The notes beneath the pieces were generated by a model that was not told the DNA's origin, ran no database searches, and was given only the letters and a program-made list of their open reading frames with translations. A stretch of DNA of 63,577 bases, filler included, from Octopus bimaculoides (lineage: Eukaryota), in NCBI RefSeq assembly GCF_001194135.2. It is 9 parts of 8 records of this genome, joined end to end, with 100 filler letters (N's around TTAATTAATTAA, not from the genome) between each part and the next. Parts side by side here need not be neighbours in the genome. Positions count along the whole stretch, not along the records: positions 35,973 to 41,819 come from NC_068982.1; positions 41,920 to 45,279 come from NC_068989.1; positions 45,380 to 52,291 come from NC_068981.1; 6 more parts are not named here. One strand, written 5' to 3'. How positions within the stretch are numbered: position 1 is the first letter of the stretch; each line of letters opens with the position of its first letter. Below, piece by piece: positions 36,921 to 50,506 of the stretch. The position numbers and the translations under genes are program-made.

Positions 36921-37339
36921 AGAAGGAGAATGAACACACTTTACATAGTACTGTATAGATACACACTCAATCATATAAAATCCTAGACAGATACATACCT
37001 AATAAGCACATTCAGCTGTACACAATCGTATGCACACATACAAATTGACATAGACCGTCACGGAAATATACATACATACATACATAGATACAATATATAT
37101 ACTTCTATACACAAATACAAGAATGCACAAACTTATGCGTACACACCTATACATGCATCATAAATGCGTTCGCGAATGCCCGCGTATGCAGCAGGCATTA
37201 AAGCACACGTATTCGCACGTACACACACACACACACACATACACACACATTAATGCAACCAATAACACACCCTCATTTACGCACTCATATATTTAGTATA
37301 CACACACACACATTCACTCATTCACACGCCTTGCTTCAT

Positions 37340-37660
37340 TCGGCTTCGAAGTCCCTTCAAAGGCTCAGCAGGTGCCAAGGCGCCACCAGCCAAGCGATCC
37401 AAGAAACTCTCTTTTGTAATGTATTTGGTGTCGCTAATTGTCGATCTCACTACAACACCATTGTGATTCACCTTGGCCAATGGCTGGCCATTTTCCAGTA
37501 GCCATCTTGGACTTCTTGTATTTCCCAATTCAGTATTCGAAGCTTGATTGAGCTAGGCTTCTGTAAGAAGCCTGCGAAACTCCCAGTCACATGGAGCCGA
37601 ATCAAACTGTTTTATATAGTAGATGTAACTTCTACTAAATATGTTGAGTGCCTTTTTCTT
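37340..37660 (+). mobile_element. Unclassified repeat, related to 55020-55125
   Basis: Shared GAGCTAGG...AGTCACATGGAGCC(G/A)AATCAAACTGTTTTA(T/A)ATA...TAACT(T/C)CTACT. Confidence 0.55.
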
Positions 37661-37754
37661 TAGTTTGTCCACTCGTGCATATAATATATAATACAAATAA
37701 TATGTAAAATATATGCATATATACGTACATATATGTATATATATATGCATATCT

Positions 37755-37890
37755 AGGTACAGGACGTCACAAAAAACGTGGACAAAATGAAAAACAGAAC
37801 ATAAACACAGCACAGAAAACACACAGACCACATAGAGAACATTCCCTTCATCAGCTGCCACCATACTAAACTAAGCGTTTCGAAGAGTTA
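37755..37890 (-). mobile_element. Penelope-like terminal fragment
   Basis: Minus strand contains CGAAACG and CTGATGAAGG motifs typical of PLE termini; sits in a TA/CA microsatellite. Confidence 0.45.
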
Positions 37891-38119
37891 TACACATACA
37901 CTCATACACACACACACACACACACACACANNNNNNNNNNNNNNNNNNNNNNNNNNNNNNNNNNNNNNNNNNNNNNNNNNNNNNNNNNNNNNNNNNNNNN
38001 NNNNNNNNNNNNNNNNNNNNNNNNNNNNNNNNNNNNNNNNNNNNNNNNNNNNNNNNNNNNNNNNNNNNNNNNNNNNNNNNNNNNNNNNNNNNNNNNNNNN
38101 NNNNNNNNNNNNNNNNNNN

Positions 38120-38164
<45 letters not shown>

Positions 38165-38720
38165 ATCTATTTCTACATATATAAATACACACATAGACAC
38201 ACATACAAATAAGAAATCTGCTGAATGAAGCACAAGCAGAGAGAAAAGGCCAAACCACTGAAAATCATATATTTATACATATTTTCTTTATATACTTACA
38301 TACATATGTACATATATCTGTGAGTATATTTGTGTGCTTATATGTATATATACACAGACACATGTAAATATACGTATGCATATGTACATGCACATACACA
38401 TACATAAGTACACATATACATGCAAATGTGTGTGAATGTATTTATTTAAAACAAAAAGTGAAATAGAGCAAAAAAAAAAAGAAAATAGACATTTAAAAAC
38501 TAAGATGCAAGCCACAACTATACAACCGCCGGTTCTTCTGCTGTTGCTATCACATATGCACGTCTCTGCATGCATCGCTAGATTTCCAATACATAAATAA
38601 AAATAAACGTTTCAGATGTGAAACAAATGCTGCGTGTGTATGATTGTGTGCGTGAACGTGCAATAATATGGATGTGGCTATATATATATGTGTGTGTGTG
38701 TGTATGCATGTATATATATG

Positions 38721-38751
<31 letters not shown>

Positions 38752-41700
38752 NNNNNNNNNNNNNNNNNNNNNNNNNNNNNNNNNNNNNNNNNNNNNNNNN
38801 NNNNNNNNNNNNNNNNNNNNNNNNNNNNNNNNNNNNNNNNNNNNNNNNNNNNNNNNNNNNNNNNNNNNNNNNNNNNNNNNNNNNNNNNNNNNNNNNNNNN
38901 NNNNNNNNNNNNNNNNNNNNNNNNNNNNNNNNNNNNNNNNNNNNNNNNNNNNNNNNNNNNNNNNNNNNNNNNNNNNNNNNNNNNNNNNNNNNNNNNNNNN
39001 NNNNNNNNNNNNNNNNNNNNNATATAGTGGGTGTAGATTTCGCTTTTTTTATTGCTGTTGTTGTTGTTGCTGCTGGTGATGACGATGATGCTGTTTTAGC
39101 AGTTTCGTTGTTGCTCACTTTTTTTCTTTTCTTTCTTTTATTCGACGAAGAGAAATAACAGTATTTCCTGTATCTATAAATCAATAAAGTTAACATTTTA
39201 TGTTAATCACATTATGTCCATAAAAATCACTGAGTTCTTTGCTTTAGAAACGATAGCTGTAAATAATTAACTCAAAAATAAATAAAAGAAAAAAAGAAAA
39301 ATACATTAACAAAAACACACGTACACACTGACACATGCTCAGACACACACACACGCAGACACACACACACACACACAAATGCACATACGTGCACGCGCAC
39401 TCACACACCACACGGTTAACTACCTGCGATTCAGATTACCAGAAAGCTTAACAGCTTCCAGATTTGACTAAACAGTTCGATAGAGATTATATAAAAAGTA
39501 GTTACTAAATATGTTGGATAGATTGTGCTTGGTTAACTTTATATGTAGACTTAGCCAGCAGTCGGAAACGAAATGTGGTTAAGATTATCGTTTCGAAATG
39601 ATGTGTAATTTGTTTTATTATTATTTTTGTTTTCTCTTTTACCTTGCCAACTGCAACGCAGTTCTGATTTCCGGTTAAAGCCATTTTATCTAATTTAGGT
39701 TACTACCGTCATTGGTAAAGAGGGTGGAAATGTAAGAATGTCCTAAGAATGATTTATATTATGAAATCGTTAGGGAACGAGTTCTTGAGCCAAAAATTGA
39801 TTTTTTATTTTTTCAGGGTACTACGTATTTGAGATTCATAATTTGATTGATTCGACCACACTAAATGACTGACTTAGTGAACCAACGAAGGAGGAGCTCT
39901 GTGGTCGCCGGACCTACTAGAAATAGCAAACAAATCTCCCTGAAATCATTTCAGTAGAAATCCACCACCCCCAAAAAAAATGAAATAAAATAATTTATTT
40001 TTCTATATTCACTAAGACATCTGCTTTTCTACCACTTTCCTAAAATCCACTATCAACCACACTTCTGAGAAACGCAATAAAAAGCATGCGGTAATTACTG
40101 TGCGGCAGTCTACTAAAATATTTTGGCATTTTAATAAGTAGTTCCCCGTTTCTTTATCATCTCGGTACCATGAGTGTAAGGTAGTGATGGTGGGGGGGTA
40201 GTCAAGCGAATACTGTGGAGTTGTAATGACAGTGAAACCAGTCGGTTGTACTCACACAGCAAATCGCTAAAAAAGAAGACAGTGTGTTATTTTATAAATA
40301 CATATGAATATGACTTCTTATATCGTTTTGATGTATGAAAGTGGTTTTCAGAATGTAAGCTCCTTCCTTTTACATGATTCTCTCTATAAAAGTATATAAG
40401 GAAACGATCAAATCGGGATTAATCTGGATAATATTTAAGATAAATTTATTTCTTCAAAGGAGATAAAACATGGATAAATTGAATGTGACATGATATTGGA
40501 AAACTAAGTTTGTATACTGTTAGTGACGCTGTTTGTGCTGATGAACAAGACATTTAATTCGCAAATGATCCAGTCCAACTAGATGTTGAAAGTAGTAGCA
40601 GCAAATCTATAATACTGCCGAGTGTTTCGTTAGCATTCACTCGAAGACCTCAAGAGTGATTTGTAGTGGAGTCACGTCTATTGCAAACATTCGGGAAAGA
40701 TTTCTCTTCTGAGAATAACGTCCACCTGCCAGTCTTGGAGACCTTGCAAAAGGTATTGAGCAAACTTTGTCCTTTGGTCAAGCTGTTCGAGAGGGAGGGA
40801 GAGAGAGAGAGAGAGACAGACAGACAAAGAGACAGGCACACAGACAAAGAAGAGAGAAGGGCTCACCCCAAATTTAATCTTGGAAACGAAATCATTAGCT
40901 ATTTCTCTATAATCAATAAATTATGTGACATCATTCTCCCACAACACCTAGAATATTAAACTACATTATTTTATATGCTTTCAGTTTTTGTTCGAAGTCT
41001 TTTGATGAGATTATTTACAAGATATCGTTTACATTATTTCGGAAACAAATAGTAACAAAATGGAAATAATACGGATATAGATTTGGGCTCAACAATACAG
41101 ATAATGCTTGCCAAGAAAGTAGGTATCCTTTCATAATCAGTAAATTGCTTAGTTGTGGATAAGAGTAATCTTAGCTAGCGACCCAATAATTTGTAAAATA
41201 GACAGAATTAGGTTAAGTACGAGAAGAACGTTGAGGTTCCAGAATATTAAACCATATGCTTTTGTACAGAAACATTTTAGTATCATCTAAATCATTTTTA
41301 TACCAAACAGACAACGTTACTATATTACAGCTTCCCACTATCATTTTTATTTTTGTTGCTCTCCGAAAGAAAAACAAACATAGTTCCATATAGAATTTGA
41401 AATCGTCATCATTCTGCAAATGGGAACATGTGCAGCATGAAGATACATACATACATACATACATACATACATACATACATGCATACATACATACATACAT
41501 ACATACATACATACACACACACATGCATACATAAATACATACATACATACATACATACACACAGACACACACATAAGTACATACATACATATAAATGTGG
41601 GTGTTTGTGTGAGTGTGTCCGTTTGCGTCTGCGCGCGCTAAAACCTCTGCAGTGGAAACCATGAGGGCATCAAATGTTTCACGCATCACTTAAACCCGTT

Positions 41701-41761
41701 AAGTTTGGGTTTTCGTATATGTGTTTGTGTGTGTATGAAAATATATATTTATGTGTGTGTG

Positions 41762-41819
<58 letters not shown>

Positions 41820-41981
41820 NNNNNNNNNNNNNNNNNNNNNNNNNNNNNNNNNNNNNNNNNNNNTTAATTAATTAANNNNNNNNNNNNNNNNNNNNNNNNN
41901 NNNNNNNNNNNNNNNNNNNATATATACATATATATATACGTGTATATAAATGTGTGAATAAATATATATGTGTGTACATAT

Positions 41982-42026
<45 letters not shown>

Positions 42027-42444
42027 CATATATATACATATATAATATATGTATATATACCACAAATAAATATTTTTATACATACTTATGCCTGCATGTG
42101 TGCGCCTATGTGTGTATGCGTGAGAGAGTATGTGTGTGTGTGTGTACCTGCGAGTGTGCGTGAGCTTATATTAAAAATTTAAACGTTGGGAGAATGTTTC
42201 TTTGGAAAACGTCTTCATATTATAAGAAAGTCGTACGAATCTCATTTGCGTCTCCACGTGCATCCATCAGGTGTTCGTTGTTTACTGTCTCTCCGTAGTA
42301 AACACACTTCTTTCATCCTCATCAAAACAATCCCGTAACTCGCATCACTTTGATTATCTTTGCAAGTTTCTGTCGTTCTTTTTTCTCTCATCTCACGCCG
42401 GTTATCGATATACTTACGATTAATGTAATAAATTTTATACCACT

Positions 42445-42519
<75 letters not shown>

Positions 42520-42861
42520 GTTGTCATCATCATCGTTGTCATCATCATCATCATCATCATCATCGTCGTCGTCGTCGTCGTCGTCATCATCATCATCATC
42601 ATCATCNNNNNNNNNNNNNNNNNNNNNNNNNNNNNNNNNNNNNNNNNNNNNNNNNNNNNNNNNNNNNNNNNNNNNNNNNNNNNNNNNNNNNNNNNNNNNN
42701 NNNNNNNNNNNNNNNNNNNNNNNNNNNNNNNNNNNNNNNNNNNNNNNNNNNNNNNNNNNNNNNNNNNNNNNNNNNNNNNNNNNNNNNNNNNNNNNNNNNN
42801 NNNNNNNNNNNNNNNNTCATCATCATCATCATCATCATCATCGTCGTCGTCGTCGTCGTCG

Positions 42862-42897
<36 letters not shown>

Positions 42898-42940
42898 CCA
42901 TCACCATCACCATCACCATCATCATCACCATCATCACCGC

Positions 42941-42986
<46 letters not shown>

Positions 42987-43075
42987 GTCATCATCATCAT
43001 CATCATCATCATCATCGTCGTCGTCATCATCATCATCGTCGTCGTCGTCGTCGTTGTCGTCATGATGATGATCAT
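42445..43075. repeat. (CAT/CGT)n trinucleotide array with internal gap
   Basis: Direct reading; source of the poly-Ser/His/Met ORFs. Confidence 0.95.
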
Positions 43076-43082
43076 TATTATT

Positions 43083-43410
43083 GAGTGAGACAGCAGTTCA
43101 TGCCGTCAAAGTGACACAGCCGTACAAATATACGAAGCCCAATATACCCATCATGACTACTCGTATGATAAGGGTACACCAGGCACATGTATCACAACCT
43201 TATGTGCGTGACTTAGTGATCTCATATGAAGATAAACAGTGCATGACCTCGCAGGTGGGGGCCCAGTTAGAATTTTCTTCAGGTCGAGTAGCCCATGCTC
43301 TTCAGGTCCAGTTACCCATGTTGAGCAAAACACCCATGTTTCCAAAGGTGAATTATTCAAACCATAAAGAATTCCTCTCAACATATGACTATAATACTCC
43401 CCCACTGGAG
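43083..43410 (+). mobile_element. Interspersed-repeat-like segment (unclassified, possibly LINE 3'UTR/SINE)
   Basis: Higher-GC island following the (CAT)n tract. Single copy in this window; recognised only by resemblance. Confidence 0.35.
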
Positions 43411-44081
43411 TCGATGTAATCCATTTACCCCCTCCCCCGCAATAACTCGCCTTGTGCCAAAATTTTCAAACACTTATTATTACTATTAGTATTAATATTA
43501 GCACTGATTTTCCATAATATTTTCCGAAATATTTTCGTTGTCCCACATTCAATATTTTACTATTGCTCTCTACCTACACAAAGCCCCTGCTTCTCTGTTT
43601 TTTTGGCAACTACGGTCTTTCTGTATCAGATTTTGGGTGATGTACTCTAGATGAAGTCATTGGTTTATTTTTCATGTCTAGACTTGCATGATCGTTTGCG
43701 TAATTGAGAATATGATATCTGTGACCTTTATTGGGACAGCTAGGATATTGGAGCTTAATACTTACTTCGTTTTTCTTGTTATTTCATTAAATTTTGCTGC
43801 CATTATTCTTGATAATATGAGCTTCCATTCGATAATTAATTTTGCTGCTCGGGTATGACATCAAGAGTCATTCTATATTTTGATTGAGGGAACACAAGTC
43901 ACAATCTCTCTCGGTGACTAACCGATTCCGTTTCAATAGACCGTACATGATACGCATACATACATACAGACAGACATATATGCATACATGCATACACACA
44001 TACATGCATATCCATATATACATATATATACATTTATACACGCATGCATATCATATATGTATATAAATATATGTATAAATT

Positions 44082-44117
<36 letters not shown>

Positions 44118-44425
44118 NNNNNNNNNNNNNNNNNNNNNNNNNNNNNNNNNNNNNNNNNNNNNNNNNNNNNNNNNNNNNNNNNNNNNNNNNNNNNNNNNNN
44201 NNNNNNNNNNNNNNNNNNNNNNNNNNNNNNNNNNNNNNNNNNNNNNNNNNNNNNNNNNNNNNNNNNNNNNNNNNNNNNNNNNNNNNNNNNNNNNNNNNNN
44301 NNNNNNNNNNNNNNNNNNNNNNNNNNNNNNNNNNNNNNNNNNNNNNNNNNNNNNNNNNNNNNNNNNNNNNNNNNNNNNNNNNNNNNNNNNNNNNNNNNNN
44401 NNNNNNNNNNNNGTATATATGCATA

Positions 44426-44471
<46 letters not shown>

Positions 44472-45212
44472 AATATATATATATACATATATATATGTAT
44501 ATATATATATATATATTATATATATATAATCGTACATAAATGATCCACTTACCTACCTACCTACCTACCTACCTACCTACCTACCTACCTACCTACCTAC
44601 CTACATACATACATACATAGGTACACACATACGTACCTGCATGCATATAACAAAAGAATTACATATTGCCCATAATATCTGAGAAAAGTTGAGAAACAAA
44701 TGAGTGGTTCGCATTTTACCTAGGGTTGAGCGATCAAGGGCTATTCAACAACAACAACAACAACAACAACAACGACGACAACAACAATAACAAAAATTCA
44801 TGGAGGTTGAGCAAGGAATACAAGCACATCCTTTCACTCATTTAGCAGATGAGGTCGACGATTATCTAAAAGACATGAAACGCAATAGTAATACATCAGT
44901 TTTATACTGGCAACAGGAAATTGCATATCATAACACAGCGAGAGACGAAATCCAAACGTATGGCTAGACGACAGCGACTGTTTCCGTCACTTACGCGTAC
45001 AACATATTGTTATTTGTGTGATGGAATATTGGGTTAATTCAATTCAGACATGAAGAATAAGCAGAATATGATTCGAAAATATTTGATTAATAAATAATCG
45101 TGCCAACTATGAAACAACTGCCATTAATTGTCTCCTGGCATTAATCATATTAGAATTCTCCGTTGTAAACCACGCAGTCGTTTTGCGTCGATCTTTACGT
45201 CTCTCTCTCTCG

Positions 45213-45279
<67 letters not shown>

Positions 45280-45380
45280 NNNNNNNNNNNNNNNNNNNNN
45301 NNNNNNNNNNNNNNNNNNNNNNNTTAATTAATTAANNNNNNNNNNNNNNNNNNNNNNNNNNNNNNNNNNNNNNNNNNNNA

Positions 45381-46415
45381 CGGAATGTCCTCAGTATCCA
45401 CTCTGCCAGTTGTCTGCACTTTGCTGTCAACTTGACAATGTGCATGTGAAATGATGCATCACTACACATGTTGATGCCCGGGTCTCTTACTGTTTGTGGT
45501 TCTGGGATTGCAGTATCTCCAGGTCCTGTGTATGCCATTTGTGAGGCACTTGTGGCCTTCTGCGCAGTACTTGAAATTTTTTTGCATTGAACTGCATATT
45601 ATTTTGCTCTGCCCACTCGTATATTGCATTTAGGTCATTCTGCAGGCTTACAATATCATCAGGATTCTTTATTGCCTGAGATAGTTTTGTGTCATCAGCG
45701 TAGCTAGTGACAGTGACTCTCCGAGTGACCGTGGGCATGTCCAGAAGGGCCACTATGAATAGTAGTGGCTCCAGGACAGTTCCTTGCGGAACACTGCTCA
45801 ATATTTGCGTTTCCCTAGATAGTTCTCCATTGACTGCAACTGTGTGACTTCTACCATTCAGGAAGTCATGCCGCCATTCTCCTAATTTACCAGCTATGCC
45901 AAGGTTTCGCAGCTTGTGACATATCAAGCCATGATCAATTTTGTCAAAGGCTTTTGCAAAGTCGAGACATATCACATCAACATTTGAATGGTCAAGTAGC
46001 TGCTTCAGGACCCAGTCATAATGCTGCAAGAGCTGCGTGAGGCAGCTTCTACCTGGACGGAAACCATGCTGGGTCTCATTCAGCAAGTCATTTTCTTCTA
46101 GGAACGCAATCAATCTCCTTCTGACAATTCTTTCCATGACTTTGCTAATATGTGAAGTCAGAGAGATGGGCCTGTAGTTCCCAGCCTCTGCTCTGCTTCC
46201 ACCTTTATGAATAGGACACATGGTGCCTTCCTTCAGCTTTTTGGGAAGTTTACCATTTGCAAGGAAACTCTGGAAGAGTATCCTGAGTGGTCCTGCTAAT
46301 TCTTGTTTACACGACTTTAAGAGGACAGCTGGGAAACCATCGGGGCCAGTTGTCAAATTTGAGCTCATTTCGTTTATGGCAGCTATTACCTCTTCCTCTT
46401 CAATGTCAATGTAGG
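45381..46415 (-). mobile_element. CR1/L2-group LINE reverse transcriptase fragment (frameshifted)
   Basis: GPDGFP...NYRPISLTSHISKVMERIV...QHGFRPGRSCLTQL...DFAKAFDKIDH...SVPQGTVLEPLLF...YADDTKL; continues in another frame (VRDPGINM...HIVKLTAKCRQL). Confidence 0.95.
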
Positions 46416-46469
46416 TAATGGATGTACATATACATATATATATATATACATACATACATAGGCTTCAAA

Positions 46470-46675
46470 TTTTGACACAAGGCCAGCCGATTCGGGGGAT
46501 CGGGTAAGTCAATTACATTGACCCCAGTGCTGAAATGGCAATTATTTCATCGACCATGAAGAGAAGAAAAGCAAAGTCGACCTCGGTAGAATTTGAACTC
46601 AAAACGTAAAGATGGACGAAATACCGCTAAGAACACTCCCCGGCGTGCCAACGTTTTTGTCACCTCGCCACCTTT
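46470..46675 (-). mobile_element. Family C-like SINE; further degenerate minus-strand copies at about 48005-48205, 48480-48665, 49310-49400 and 57095-57285
   Basis: Reverse complement of the family C head (CAAAGTCGACCTCGG...AATTTGAACTC...CTAACG). Confidence 0.75.
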
Positions 46676-46688
46676 AGTTATTTATATA

Positions 46689-47760
46689 CAGGGGTTGGAC
46701 AAAATAATGGAAGCACCTAGCATCATAAATTTGAAATGTCTATAAAACCGTCAAAGCTTGTTTATTTTTTATGATTTTGATTTATTATTAGTGTTGCTTC
46801 ATATGTTTTGCTAAAACTACTGTTTCTTTTCAGATTTCATCATAAAAAGTTAATTAAATTCATCAAAATGACAGATCTGTCGGACCTTCAAAGAGGCCAA
46901 ATTGTTGGTACTCGTATCGCAGGCACTAGCGTGATGAAAACAGCCGAAATGTATGGTGTATTAAAGAAGTACTGTCTCGAAAGTAATGACAGCCTCTGAG
47001 AAAGAGGGAAAAACCTCATCGTCAAAACAAAACTCCGGAAAAAATCCAAAACTTTCAGGTAGGGACCGTCGGACTTTTAGGTGAATTGTTAGAAAGTATC
47101 ACAAAAGTACAGCTCCCAAAATTACTGCAGAGCTTAATGACCACCTCGAGAACCTAGTTTCCGCAAAAACTGTTCGCCGGGAGCTGCACAAAGCTGGATT
47201 TCACGAGAGGGCTGCAATCAGAAAACCACTACTTTCAAAATAAACGTTGCAAAGCGTTTAGAATGGAGTAAAAACTTACAGAATTGATCCCTAGAGCAGT
47301 GGAAGAATGATATTTACTCGGAGCACTCAATCTTTACCTTATTTCCGACCATCAGCCGAGTATACGTGTGGAGACAGCCAAAAGAAGCATTTGACCCAGA
47401 CTGCCTTCTTCCAACTGTTAAACATGGAGGAGGGTCTGTGATGATCGGAATGGGGGGCTATCCGCTGGCCCAATGATTTCCCTTCACTGCATAATTAATA
47501 GTTAAGACTATTTAAGCATTTTATCTGATCAAATTCATCCTATGGTTGCGGAACTGTTTCCTGAGAGAAACGCAATCTTTCAGAATGATAATGCACCCAT
47601 TCTTACAGCTAAAGCTGTTATTGATGGCACGAGGAACATTCTAATGAAGTTGAACATCTTATCTGGCTACCACAGTCCCCAGATCTCAATATTATTGAAC
47701 ATTTATGGTGAATTTTAGAAAAAACAAGTAACGAGTCTATATCCTCTTCTGGGTAGAATT
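46689..47760 (+). mobile_element. Tc1 (DD34E-type) transposon, decayed, right TIR missing
   Basis: TA|CAGGGGTTGGACAAAATAATGGAAGCACC left TIR. ATG at 46868: MTDLSDLQRGQIVG...KTVRRELHKAGF...VKHGGGSVMI...FQNDNAP...QSPDLNIIEHLW, with stops and frameshifts. Confidence 0.9.
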
Positions 47761-48363
47761 GCACATAGTATAACTTTGCTTCGAACCATTGTACTTTGAA
47801 AATACTTCGTGACTAAATTATACTTTAGTTAAATATTCTCTTTGATTGTATTACTTATCATTACATCTCACTTTTTCTGCAAACCTTTGACTATTGATTA
47901 ATAAGGTAAAGGATGAGTCGTCCAAGTAAATGACATTCTTCTACTGCTCTAGGAATCAATTCTTGACTATTTTTACCTTGATCTTAAATATATTCTTTTC
48001 TACTCTAGGCACAAGTCCCGAAATTTTTGGGGAGGGGGCCAGTCGATTAGACCGACCCCTAGACGTAACTGCTATTTAACTTATCAGTCCCAAAAGGATG
48101 AAAAGCAAAGTGGACATCGGCGGAATTTGGACTGAGAACGTAAAGGTATACGAAATATCGGTAGGCATTTCGCCGGCGTGCTAGCGCTTCTGCCAGCTCG
48201 CCGCCTGCTTGATTCTAAATACATTAAAGATCATTTGATGTCTCTTTTTAAATAATATAGGTTATAATGTTTAGTATTTCTCAATTATTTTTTGTTAAGC
48301 TACTTACTTTATTTTTCTTCAATTCTAAATCTGCACCGAACTCCATAGCTTGTGTACTACATG

Positions 48364-48395
<32 letters not shown>

Positions 48396-48688
48396 CATTA
48401 TTATTATTATTATATTTTCATTTTTATATTACAAATTATAACGCATACACACCTCAGTGTATATATATTGATTTAAGATTTTGGCAGAGGGCTAGCAATT
48501 TCGCAGTAGGGGGAAAATCGATTACATTGGACCCAGTGTTCAACTAATATTTATTTTATCAACTGGGAGAGGATGAAATGCAAATTTAACCTTAGCGGAA
48601 TTTGAATGTGAAGACGAACGGAATGCCGATAAGCATGCCAACGATTTTGTTAGCTCGCCGCCTTATAGATTGTGTATATTACTTGGGA

Positions 48689-49069
48689 GAGGCGCAATGG
48701 CCCAGTGGTTAGGGCAGCGGACTCGGGGTCATAGGATCGCGGTTTCGATTCCCAGACCGGGCGTTGTGAGTGTTTATTGAGCGAAAACGCCTAAAGCTTC
48801 ACGAGTCTCCGGCAGGGGATGGTTGCGAACCCTTCTGTACTCTTTCACCACAACTTTCTCTCACTCTTACTTCCTGTTTCTGTTGTGCCTGTAATTCAAA
48901 GGGTCAGACTTGTCACAATGTGTCACTCTGAATATCCCCGAGAACTACGTTAAGGGTACACGTGTCTGTGGAGTGCTCAGCCACTTGCACGTTAATTTCA
49001 CGAGCAGGCTGTTCCGTTGATCGGATCAACTGGAAACCTCGTCGTCGTAAGCGACGGAGTGCCAACAAC
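48689..49069 (+). mobile_element. Full-length family B SINE with 11-bp target-site duplication ATTACTTGGGA (48678-48688 / 49070-49080)
   Basis: TSD read directly; A/B boxes present; (AAC)n tail. Confidence 0.95.
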
Positions 49070-50306
49070 ATTACTTGGGATATGTGTGTGCGTCTCTCTG
49101 CGTATGCATATGTGTGTGTACCTCAGTGTGCGTATTTAAGTATCCGCATACAAGGCTTAAAATATAAACCTGATATCACTGAAGGTCTTTTGGATCTTTT
49201 CCTTTTGGCCGGCACATAGAAAAATTAATTTTTTGTAACTAAACACTTTCAAATTAGATAGAATGTATCATTTAAAACATCATTTACTCTTGGCGTTTTT
49301 AAGAAAATTCTTCAAATTAGAACTCAGAACGTAAAGACAAGCGAAATACCGCTAAACATTGCACTCGGCGTGCTAACATTTCTGCCAGCTCGCTGCCTAT
49401 AACAGACAATAATATTAAAACTGTACATCAGTTTGTTTGAATGCACAAAGCTCATTAATGTTAGTAGTGATCAACAAGGAACGAATATCATGACAGTTTC
49501 AGTCATACTGAGCTAAGAGAGGAAAAAAACAAAGGAGAAATGAAGATACTAAAAAAAAAGGGGGGGGGAGTTTGATTTACAGTTGTAAACTGTGGCGGTT
49601 AGACGAGAGAGATCGAGAGAATAAGTACAAGCTTAAAAATATAAGGACAGGAGTTGTTTCACTCGAATGAATATTCTTCAAGGCGGCGCTCCAGCGTGGC
49701 CGCAGTCTAATGATTGATACACTTATATATTTATATAAACAAATAACAGCAGATTGATATTGGTTCATTCACTACAAGTGTTTCGAACGAGATATTTCTT
49801 TTTTATTGGTGAATAGAGTTATTAGATCATGCGAAAAAGAAAATATGAGAGTATAATTACTTGAAATTTTTCTGTAGGTAAGCTAAAATTCATTTCTAAT
49901 ATGAAATGAACTCGTAATATTAGAATATTGTATTGTAATTTGTAATAAACAGTTGTCAGAAAAGATTCTGCTGCAGTTCCACCAGTCAGGCCACCATTAT
50001 TGAATATGAAGTTGTTAAAAGGCCAAAACAATGTCGTATATTCATTTATTAAGTTGCCAATAGATTTGTCAATTTGACAAAAATAAATTCATGCTACTCC
50101 GCGATTCGGAAATATCATCAACAGCATATGATGTTCAATCTCTAAAAACATATTTGATCCGCTGCCAGTAAAAGAGATAGTAGAAAAACTGTTTCATTCT
50201 CATCGTTGAATGCTAGCCAAACATAATGCGCAATAAATATATATATGATACGATATGATACGATATGATATGATATGATATAGATATCTATATAGATAGA
50301 TAGATA

Positions 50307-50475
50307 GTGCGTGAAAAGGTGTGACCCAAAGCAAAGGTTCATTGACCTCGTTACAAAATTTTGCACTACTGCTTATAACATTTTTACGTAGAAACCTATA
50401 TACATACATGCACGCATACATACATACATACGTGCATACATACATACATGCTTACATACATACATGCATGCATGC

Positions 50476-50506
<31 letters not shown>

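Noticed and set aside
39630-40790. Candidate minus-strand micro-exons (ATGGCT...AAG|GTAAAG at about 39640-39690; LDQRTKFAQYLLQGLQDWQ at about 40715-40775)
   Set aside because: Plausible splice signals, but short, with no recognisable homology and not assemblable into a gene model.
41213-41400. Non-repetitive tail of ORF 41213..41689
   Set aside because: The ORF is mostly (TACA)n-derived; the remaining 50 codons have no recognisable motif and only a weak acceptor.
42250-42420. Stop-riddled reading KKCVYYGETVNNEHLMD on the minus strand, faintly reminiscent of Polinton-type proteins
   Set aside because: Too short and degenerate to support a call.
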